Origin: Ginglymostoma cirratum
Taxonomy: Eukaryota
Assembly: GCA_024137785.1 (NCBI GenBank)
Contig: JAHRHZ010000082.1
Coordinates: forward strand, 4,340,134-4,404,133
DNA length: 64,000 bases
Direction: 5' to 3'
The notes under the pieces are model-generated. The model made no database searches, was not told the DNA's origin, and was given only the letters and a program-made list of their open reading frames with translations. Every line of letters starts with the position of its first letter. Position 1 is the stretch's first letter. The translations under genes and the position numbers were made by a program. Below are positions 53,850-64,000 of the stretch, in pieces.

Positions 53850-54100
53850 ACAGAATCATAGAATCCCTGCAGTGTGGAAACAGGCCCTTCGGCCCAACAA
53901 GTTCACACCAACCTTCAGAGCATCCCACCCAGACCCATCCCCCTGTAACCCACCTAATCTACACATCCCTGAACTCTATGGGCAATTTAGCATAGCCATC
54001 CACCTAGCCTGCACATCTTTGGACTGTGGGAGGAAACCGGAGCACCCGGAGGAAACCCAAGCAGACACGGGGAGAATGTGCAAACTCCACATGAACAGTG
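53850..54100 (-). mobile_element. 5'-truncated HE1-type SINE with 13-bp TSD
   Basis: TSD gagatctgttttc at 53837-53849 and 54101-54113; lacks the tRNA head. Confidence 0.9.
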
Positions 54101-54521
54101 GAGATCTGTTTTCTGCTGGATTACAGACAGTTTCTGCCATTCCTAGCATTGTTTGACTGAATGAATATTCTGGAGTTCTTTCATAATAAGGAATCAGTGA
54201 TGTGATCACCTGATACCAGGAATATTGTGAGCTGTCAATGAAAATTGTGTTACTATTAAATATACAAACCAACTGCAGAATGTCCGGAAGATTTTTATTT
54301 AAGGTTTAGACTAAATCAGTGCTTTGCAGTGTCCAACAGCAAAGCCAGACAGGTTTGTGGTACTTAAAGTACTGAGGTCAATTGATCACCCAGCCCACCT
54401 CACTGACTGAGCCTTCACTGTGAGAACTGAATCTACTATGTCGGGTAGTCCTAGTTTAACAAACAGTAGGAAAACTTTGAATTTCTCTTTGCTCATACAA
54501 TTCACAGTTTTAACTTATGAA

Positions 54522-55520
54522 ACATGTAGGAACATATGAACAGAAGTACACCATTCAGCCCTTGATCCTCTTCCACCATTCAATGAAATCACGGCTGATC
54601 TGGAGCCTAACACCATATACCTGCCTTTGGCCCATATCCCTTAATACCTTTGCTTAAGAAAAAAGTATCTATATCAGATTTTAAATTAATGGCTGATCTA
54701 GCATCCACTGCCATTTGTGGAAGAGAATTCCAAACATCTACCACACTTGGTGTGTAAAAGTGCTTCCTAACATTTCTCCTGTATGGTCTGGCCCTATTTC
54801 TCAGACTGTGCTTCCTGGTTCTAGAACCAGTGGAAATAGTTTATTGCTTTTCCTGTTACTTTCTTGAAGACTTCAATAAGATCATCCCTTAACCTCCTAA
54901 ATTCTAGAGAAACAGGCCTAATTTGTATAATCTCTCCTCATAATGTAACCCCTGAAGTCCGGGTATCATTCTTGTAAACCTGCGTCATATTCCCTCCAAA
55001 GCCAATGTATCCTTCCTAAGGTGTCGTCCCTAGATTTTCTCACCACACTCCAAATGGAGTCTAACCAGGGTTTTGTATAACTGCAGCATAACTTCTGCAT
55101 CCTTTACTGCAGTCTTCTAGATATAAAGGGCAGCATTCCATTAGCTTTCTTCATTATTTTCTGCATCTGTTTGTGATATTGTAAAGATCTATGCAGCTGA
55201 ATCCCCAAGTCTCTTTGGACACCCCCTATATTTAAGTTAATACCATCTAGAAAGTACCGTGATCTATCCTTTCTCGATCCAAAATGGATAACCTCACACT
55301 TGCTTACATTGATCTCCACCTGCTGCCATTTTGACCACTCACCTAGTCTGTCAGTATCCTTTGTAATTTTATGCTATCGTCTACACGGTTTGCAATGCTA
55401 CCTCATTTTGTGTCATCGGCAAATTTGATACATGACTTTCTATGCCACTATCCAACTTGTTCATAAATAATGTGAATAGTTGAGGCCTTAACTCAGATCC
55501 TTGCATGATCACATCCTGCA
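54522..55520 (-). mobile_element. CR1/HER1-type LINE, 3' 1 kb
   Basis: ORF 55104-55319 (-) MEINVSKCEVIHFGSRK...QRDLGIQLHRSL...KKANGMLPFISR; tgtcatcggcaaattt is the reverse of KFADD. Confidence 0.9.
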
Positions 55521-56629
55521 AATTAAGTACCTACCCAACAAATAAGTGCACTCTTTTTGCTGCGAAGGCAAAAAAATTAACAGTAGCTCTTGTTAAAAAT
55601 CCAAAATTAGAGAGAAGGAAAGAGAGCCCAAATCATGGACCCCCCCCTCCCCCAGAACAGAGGGTGACCCCCCCACCTCCTCTTACACCATTGGCAGTTC
55701 CCTAAACCGAGGATCTTCAAGTTTTTTTTGCATTTGGCCAACTTGCATGTGTCCTTTCTACTTGATAAACAGGAACCGTACCCATGTGGACTTTGCAGTA
55801 GTTTGTTTTGGAAACACATCAGTCCATTATGATTTATTACATTCATTGCTGATCAAAATACCTAATTTTAATGATGTCTTTACATTGACTTTAATTCACT
55901 CAAATCTCCTTCAGCAGAATGCATGTAAATATCATAAAAATATTCATAAAAGAATCATTCCAGAATAACTCGCAATTGCTGTACCACCTAGTAACATTAA
56001 CCCACCCACTGTGTTATTATAACTGATCCCAATAATTGCCAGAAGATTCCAACAGGGCAGCATTACTATTACCCTTAACAATTATTATTGTTGGTAGTTA
56101 AACTAATGAGATCAAATTTCAGAAGTACAATTATTTACGGTTAGGGACTAACCTCTTTTCCAAAATAATTACATGCATTTGTTAAAAATATCTAGCTGGA
56201 AGTGGTTATGCTAAATAACAATTTCACCTGTTTAAAACCAAAATAGTCATCTATTTTCAACCGCAACTCCAAGAAATGTTAAAATGGGTAGAAATTTCAA
56301 TTATTTTAGTTTTCATTTTCTATGTTTTGGGAAAATGTCAAAGTAATCTTGCTCTGTAAGAGATGATACAGAACAGAATGATGTGTGATTTGGATGGTAA
56401 TCTGGATAAATTATATAATTGCTGCGTGACTCATTCTGTTTCTCCCTATTTTTATGTGGCTTTTTTTTTTAACATATCGTTGGCCTTCCATTTAGTTTCT
56501 GAAAACCTTTTCTGATGATCTTTATTTTTGTAGGATTATTCAACAAATTATGCTTGTTTTCTTTTGACCTTTCATTTATTTTTGCTGTGTGTTTTTTTTC
56601 CATTTTCCCCTTATAATGTTTATTCAAAC

Positions 56630-56940
56630 TATGTGTGGAACGTTGCTGGTAAAACTGGCATTTATTGTCCATCCTTAAGACAACTTTAGAGAGCAGTTAT
56701 AGGACAACTGGGTGGGGTCAGCAGCTTTCCTTTCCTAAAGGGCACTAGTGCAGTTTGGGTTTTTACAACAATCTGACAACTTCACTTTCACTTGTGGCAC
56801 CCCTTTATTTCCAGCTTTTTTAAACAGAGTCCAAATTCTCAACCTGCCCTGGTCCGTTTTAAACATGCACACTTTGGATGACATGAGTCCCAGCATCCGA
56901 GTAACTCATTCAGTTATGTAACCAACACATCACCATATCT
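56630..56940 (-). mobile_element. Decayed tRNA-derived SINE sharing its tail with the 39120/50915 LINE family
   Basis: Reverse of 56632-56678 is taaggatggacaataaatgccag...; central ttcctttcctaaagggcactagtg...gggtttttacaacaatc domain. Confidence 0.6.
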
Positions 56941-57134
56941 TTCATCTAAAGATCCTTTGGCCTCACAACTTCTTTAAATCTGTAAAACAAAATTACATTG
57001 CAAACGCATTGTCCAACACGGCAGATAGGATTGTTTACAAGGAAACTCTTTTTGAGAGACAAACAGGTTTGAAATGGTTGAGGAAGAAATATTATTGCGC
57101 ACACTTCAGGTGGACTTTCATTTTCTGGCTTTAG

Positions 57135-57338
57135 TGGTAAAGATAATGTCGCCACAGTCTTGCCAGACCATAGAGCTGCTCTCTCATTAGAGATAGATAA
57201 CTAGTGGTGGATTAACTCGAGGGTCACTGTGCCTCAGGTGAGGGGAGAGGTTGAGAAGGAGAGTCCTTCATGGTAGTACAGGAATTGAACCCATGTTATC
57301 TCTCTGCATCGCAAACCAGTCGGGCAGCCAACTGAGCA
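57135..57338 (-). mobile_element. Short tRNA-derived SINE
   Basis: Reverse strand reads gctcagttggctg...gggttcaattcc (A and B boxes) followed by a non-tRNA body. Confidence 0.7.
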
Positions 57339-58187
57339 GCAACAACAACAGACATTTAAATGCTTCACAGAAATATAATCAGACAATGGAGGAAATAGTG
57401 GGAGGGGAACTTAAGAAGTGAAGAGGGAGAAAGGCACTATTGCTGTGCTGACATCATCACATAATTTTGCTTTGTCATTACTCCCTGTAGAAGAATATGT
57501 GTCTCTCCTTCCTTTTCTAAATTACTTACTTTCTAGTTTCACTCCCATTCTCAAATTCATCAAATAAGTCAACTTAATTGACCATTAATCATGTGGAGGA
57601 GGAAGATTCTTGTAATATAAAATTTGCTGATAACACTGATACTGTGTGTCCAGCAGCACAATGAAGATAAGTAAAATCCAAAGCGAAGTATGCAGCAAAA
57701 GTGAATAGGCCTTCATGTGCGTCCATTTGATGGATCGTGTTTCAGTGTGTATAAACTTATCATTCTCATTTAAGTTCGATCAAGCCATCAGTTTATTTTA
57801 GAAAATTGCATTACCTTTTTCCCATTTTGTTTAAAGCAAATACAAAGATCCTAGGAAATCAAGAATGCATTTTGCATAATTTCCCTCATGATGGAGTTAG
57901 TTAGACATCTGATAGAACAATCTTTGTGATATGTGAATGGAACAATTGGTGATGGATCAGATGTCCTCTTCTCTTTTCTTGCTTCCTTTGGCATTATCAC
58001 TGTGAGATATTTTACCAGCAATGTGCTTAGAAAAAACATGTACTTTACAAGTGAGTGATAGCTGAGCATGGGAAGTTTGTACAAATGCTGGAATACGTGG
58101 GAGAAGATTCTTTTTTGGTTGTTTTGTATAATGACAAAGCAGATCCATTTAAAAATTAAGTACGTGAGAACTCACTGCACATACTGA

Positions 58188-58469
<282 letters not shown>

Positions 58470-60949
58470 TAATGGTGTGCAGATTAGAGGCGTTAAATTC
58501 ATTTTTTATTCTTGACACTTCTTCCGCGATTATTTCATATTATTTAAACAGAATGAACAGATACGATTCAATTAGTATGAAAATCACTGTTCCCAAAGAT
58601 GTGCATGCCTGATCCCATCCCTTTTGCCATGGTTACACATTGCTTGATTTTACTGTAAACAGATATGGTTGTGAAACCCTTTGGGATGCCCTTTGAATGT
58701 GTTAAGACATATTTAAATATAAGCTCTGTCTTTTTCTCCTGTTTTTCTTTCTTTTGCTTGCATGTACATGGGTGTAGTTCTGTTTAAAAAAAGGTGCACA
58801 TTATAATGCAGGAAGCCACAATGTGAAAGAGATTTAGTGATAAAGCGGTACATTCGATATTTCTTTTCCCTTTTCATAATTTATAACAATAAAATTAAAT
58901 GAGCTTTAAAAGTCTACATAATAAAGACCAGATGGGAAAAGGAAGTCCTTCCTAGAGAGTGTACGTCATGTGAACCCGTGCACTTGTTAACTTTGAAAAA
59001 GGTTGCTTTATCCACAAATAACTTATTTTCCAACTTCAGGTGAATTGGACTTGCCGTGGTCTTCCTGTTGTCTTTTGTGTTGAGGTGTCACAATAAACAT
59101 AGCAAGGAGCAATCAGAGAATAGGCTATTAGTTCATCATGTCATGAAGAGGTGAAACATATTCCCTTTCAAACCCTGGAATGGCCAAATCATTCTCCTTT
59201 TGCAGAATTTAATACCATATCATTTTCAGTTGACATATATAATTAGAACATATTTAGAAATGTATTGAAAATCAGATCCATATGTTTTGTATTTAACATC
59301 ATCCAAATCTTCACAAGCATCTTTTTTTAAAAGTATAAGTAAATTTAAATAAAGTAACCCATCATAGAAGACATGATTTTTTAACATTGTCTATGATCAT
59401 AGCATCGATTTTAAAATAGATTTTTAAAAATCTGTTTGTACCATATATTCCTTGATCCTGTATGTTTGTCCTGAGAGGAGAAAAGATGACCAAGAGTTCT
59501 GAATCCGATCCTGTCACAATGCCCATGGGAAAAACCATAAATCAAAACCACCAAATTTACTAAATAACTCCCCAAAGAAGAAATTACCAGCAAGATTCCA
59601 CTCTTCATAGCTTTTACTTTAACAGAAATTAGAAATATGGCATTACGTATCTGCACAGTTCCACAATATGCTGCTCTTCATTCGTGCAGGGTAGGTCAGA
59701 GGTCTTAATCGACCACAGCTTTCGCCTCCCAGTTTTATGGGTACTGTTATCATCGGTAAGGCACACTTTTGTAAACCCCTCTCCCTTGATTCACAACAGT
59801 CTTGATGATGTAGTTTTTTTAGAGTTTTGTTTCAACCTACCGAACAATCACACCCCAGTTCACTATTTAACCACTTCTGGAAAAATACCCAGGTCTTTAG
59901 TGTGTCTGAGCTACTCATGTAGTTTTTAGATCTTTTTTAGCCAGCTTGCACAGTGCGACCAAGAGCCCCTTTCTTATTTTCTGTCAAACACCCTGAGGGT
60001 GATCTGCTCCTTCTCCTCACAAGAATTCACTGTATTCCTCATTCTGTCTCTGTTAGTTTTCTATTTGTGTGCTGGTGGCCTTCACCCTTCAACTTCTTAT
60101 CTTGAACCTTTATGTTTGCAGTTCCTTTTCTCATCTACCAGCCATATGGCTCCTTTCTTAACTTTTTTCTGATTGATACTTCTTCCAGGTTAAGGGTCAT
60201 TGGACTAGTGACTAGTACCAGATATGTGGACCGGTATTCATTATCCAAGACCATAACAGTTGATCACATTAAAATTAATGTAAACTCTTAACTTCTTTTC
60301 CCACACATTCCTGAAAACACTTACTGATTCCACTAACCTTTCAATGAATTGCAAATTTCCTCACAGCACTGATTTAGGGTCAAAGGTTGTCACAATCTAA
60401 ACTTCATTACACAGGGTGAAATTCATAGTTTTATTGAGAGGGTGAAGTCCAGTGTACCAATGTAGTTGCCAAATAAACAGGAATCCCTGTCAAAAGTGAC
60501 TGTACCTTAATGCCAGTGAACGTCTACAATCTCATTTAGACAATCCTGCATAAATAGACTATGTGAAGGTCGAAATTTAATCTCCAAAAGAATTATGCTC
60601 AACCTGACTTGAAAGTAAGTGCAAACAAATGCACAAAGGGATAAAATATTCCTTTCCACAGAATTTATCTTCATGCACCAGCAATTTCACTGAGTCACCT
60701 TTTTACAAAACAATAGGGTTAGCTCAGCAGGCCCCTAGATGATCCAGACCCAAAAGGAGCGTACCTAAAGCAGTGCTGTATTTTAATTACTGTATTCCCT
60801 ATGCTTCCTTCGAGAATGGCTCCTGTTAGAAGCATGAATTCTGTATCCTACTGTAATCTGGTGGAGAAAATATCAAAGTAGGTTGTTTGCATTGTAGTTA
60901 ATTGCTAATATACGTGTTACCAAAGAATTCTGCAAATTATAATAATATG

Positions 60950-61530
60950 CCAATTCAAAAGAGATTCGCTAGGCTGATTACTGGGAAGAAAGAGTTGATT
61001 CATAAAGTATGGCTAAACGTGTTAGGCCTTTATTTATTAGAGTTTAGAGGAATGAGAAGTGAACTTATTGAAGCATACAAGATTCCGAGGAGGCTTGACA
61101 GGGTAGATGTTTAGAAGATGTTTCTACTAATGGGGGAGTCTGGAACTACTGGACATAGCTAAAGAATAAAAGGACACCCATTTAAACCTGAGATGTGAAG
61201 GAATTTCTCCTCATAGGGAATACTGAATGTCTGGAATTCTCTACCTCAGAGATTTGTGGAGGCTAGATCATTGAAGGTATTTGAAGAGGAGGATAATAGA
61301 TTTTTGAACTATTGAAGAGTTGGGGACTATGAGGAGTTGGGGACTATGAGGAGTTGGAGACTATGAGGAGCTGAGGACTATGAGGAGCTGAGGACTATGA
61401 GGAGCTGAGAACAATGAGGAGCTGGCATGAGTGAGGAGTTGAGGCCTGGGGCAGATCAGCCATGATCTGATAGAATGGTGGGACAGACTTGAGGGGCTAT
61501 ATGGTTTACTCCTGCTACTATTTCTTATAC
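60950..61530 (+). mobile_element. CR1/HER1-type LINE 3' end
   Basis: IQKRFARLITGKKEL...LGLYLLEFRGMRSELIEAYKIPRRLDRVDV; tail gcagatcagccatgatct...tactcctgctactatttctta. Confidence 0.88.
61317..61425. repeat. 17-bp minisatellite, about 6.4 copies
   Basis: Unit gag(t/c)tg(g/a)ggactatgag starting at 61317, 61334, 61351, 61368, 61385, 61402. Confidence 0.92.
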
Positions 61531-61739
61531 TCTTGCAAATGGAAGTCCTGTGGCATTGCCTTTGCAAGTAGGAAATTTGTAAACTGTAATGCACTTGTCA
61601 ATTTCAGATAGTGGTTCAGAAGTACTCAACATTACAAGATTGTTTTGCCCTCATAAGAAAACACAACATCATGAGATTAACATCCTGCTTCAGTGAAAGG
61701 ATAAGTTAGAATAAATACATGGTGTGATATCATTTCAAC

Positions 61740-62600
61740 TCAGTGGGGAGTAATGGAACAGCATAAAAGAAGACATGTATAATAATGTAGAAGAAACAAG
61801 GTAGAAAGGTTTAGAAGAGCTTTGACTATAATCATGTTGAGAATATAGAAAGATGTGGTATCACCGAGAGACCAAAGACAAGAAGTCATTACTGAGAAAA
61901 CGATTGCCCCCCAGGTAATAAGCTTCCTTAGCCTATCTTCTATTTTGATAGAGGAGTTGAAAACTAGCTTTTGGAGAAAATTGTAGCAGTGGACAACATG
62001 TGGCACTTCTGTTTGAGTAGAGAGTGGAAGAGTAGTGAGACTAAGCATGTTGATTGATGAGGTAAGAGAAGCTTAGTGTGCTCCAGTGTAAGAGGTTTCA
62101 GCTATTGTCTAGACTTGACAGACACTTAAAGAAACAGGTTTTGAAGAGTTGAAAGAAAACAGATTTGCATTGTCCCTTGAAGCATGGATGCCACAAGAGA
62201 CCGAAAGCATTAAGGGTATGTGATCTGAAGGTATGTGGAATTGATTCAGTGGAAACTTGGATACGATTGAATGATTAGTGAAGAAGGAACGGATTGAGAG
62301 AGTTGACCAGGGTCCAGGAACACCTGAGTGAAAGGAGAAATAAGCCTGAGGATGAACCATTAACTGCAGTAAAGATGGAAGAATTGAGAGAACACTGGGT
62401 ATGTCCAACTTTTCTGGTTGGAGGCTAAAGAAGAAAATAGTGCTAGATTTTTTAAAGACTGAATTGAATGTGCATTCTTGGGTCTGTGTTATGCACATAC
62501 TCCACACGATAATTAATCTGGGAGCAGTGTTGGCTGCAGTGAGAAGCAAAAGTAGAAATATGTTCTGTAATTCAGCAGTTAAATTTGCCCAAGAATCTCA
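61740..62600 (-). mobile_element. Highly decayed LINE RT fragment (L2/Crack-like)
   Basis: Minus-strand translation FSFHSGVPGPWSTLS resembles a frameshifted SGVPQGS.LSP; later FSFNSSK resembles V.FN..KT. Confidence 0.45.
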
Positions 62601-62896
62601 CCATTGAAAATAATGTAATTAAAGACTTTGCTGTGATATGAATGACAGGAATCATTCACATGCACCCATATAACCTAATGACACCCACTGGGTACTAGAT
62701 TAAGATTGATTCCAAATCTAAACCTTTCCTTTGTTCATTTTTGCATGGAATCATTCAATTTTGTTAGGAACTAAGTTGGTTTCTATGTAAAACTTGATAA
62801 TTTGTGTATTGATTGCAATGTGAAATGATTTCAGAACGAATGCTGCAATACCTGAGAACAACAGGGTGTCTTTGAATGCACTGTGGTATTATCTAA

Positions 62897-63127
<231 letters not shown>

Positions 63128-63640
63128 TAAAACTGCAACGAATGAACTTAGCTTGAGCCGTTTGTTTGTGACAATTTATGTTTTGACCCCCATTCCGCTA
63201 CTCCACAGATTGTTTTTATTCCACACTCAGCTAGACAGTGTAAGGAGCACCTCGCCTCTTGTAGCTGTTCATCTGTTCTGTTTGATGACTGAGCAAGATC
63301 CTGTAAAATGGTACCTGAAGTGGAAAACAATGACGGGCACCGAGGCTCTGATCTCAGCTGGAGTTTTGATCGTGTCTGTCTATTCTGAGCTCCCTCTCTG
63401 GCTGTGAGACTACGGTAATTGAATGGTACCATGGGAGTTCCAGAGCATGAGAGGAAGTTGTGAGAAGCAGCTATCAAATTGGATGTAGAAATCCCCAGTG
63501 GAGCTTGTAAATTTACAACATAAATGCACATTTCATTGACAAAGTGCAGCTCTATTTGATTTGGATAGCTGTATCTCTGTAACCAGTGCAAGACGTAAAG
63601 TATTTTTGCTTAGGCAAGTTAAAATATTGTTGCTAGGTAA

Positions 63641-63977
63641 GGGTGGCACAGTGGTTAACGCTGCTGCCTCACAGTGCCAAAGATCCACGTTCAATTCCAG
63701 CCTTGGGTGACTGTCTATATAGAGTTGGCAAGTTCTCTGTGTGTTTGCACGGGTTTCTGCTGAGCGCTCTGATCTCCTCCCACAGTCCAAAGATGTGCAG
63801 GTTAAGTGGGTTGGTCATGCTAAATTGCCCAAAGTGTCCAAGAATGTACAGGTTCAGTGGATTAGCCATGAGAGATATGGGGACTCGGCGGGTCTGGGTG
63901 GGATGCTGTTCAGAGGTTGGTGCAGACTCGACGGGCTGAATGGCCTCTATTTGCACTGTAGCGATTCTATGATTCTG
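63641..63977 (+). mobile_element. HE1-type tRNA-derived SINE
   Basis: gggtggcacagtggttaacgctgctgcctcacagtgcc, B-box gttcaattcc, tail gcactgtagcgattctatgattct. Confidence 0.88.
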
Positions 63978-64000
63978 AGTTATTTAGGTTACGATATTAA

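Noticed and set aside
55638-55682. G-quadruplex on the minus strand
   Set aside because: C-runs are present, but they give G-tracts only on the antisense strand and nothing supports a function.
61317-61425. CRISPR-like array
   Set aside because: Units are contiguous with no unique spacers, and the context is eukaryotic.

Overview
Vertebrate genomic DNA, AT-rich, with 2 assembly gaps. The repeat content (HE1-type tRNA SINEs, HER1/CR1 LINEs, Deu-domain SINEs, Penelope-like ends) points to a cartilaginous fish, probably a shark (inference). The whole window lies inside one + strand gene, BAHCC1 (TNRC18 paralogue, H3K27me3 reader). Seven internal coding exons can be built with canonical GT-AG sites and consistent phases: 912-1079, 41632-41757, 46866-48674, 49637-49751, 51476-51684, 58294-58455 and 62928-63121 (2783 nt, about 927 codons). 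The start exon lies upstream and the BAH-domain exons downstream of the window; the first intron shown is about 40.5 kb. Most other ORFs in the track are chance ORFs or decayed LINE fragments. The most notable non-coding signal is a set of young Penelope-like insertions, several with clear target-site duplications, carrying minimal hammerhead-ribozyme cores on the sense strand of the pre-mRNA. Also notable: inverted SINE/LINE pairs bracketing an in-frame 2133-nt exon block, an old direct+inverted repeat cluster at 21.5-23.6 kb, and candidate poison exons. Family names come from recalled consensus sequences, not database searches, and repeat boundaries are approximate.
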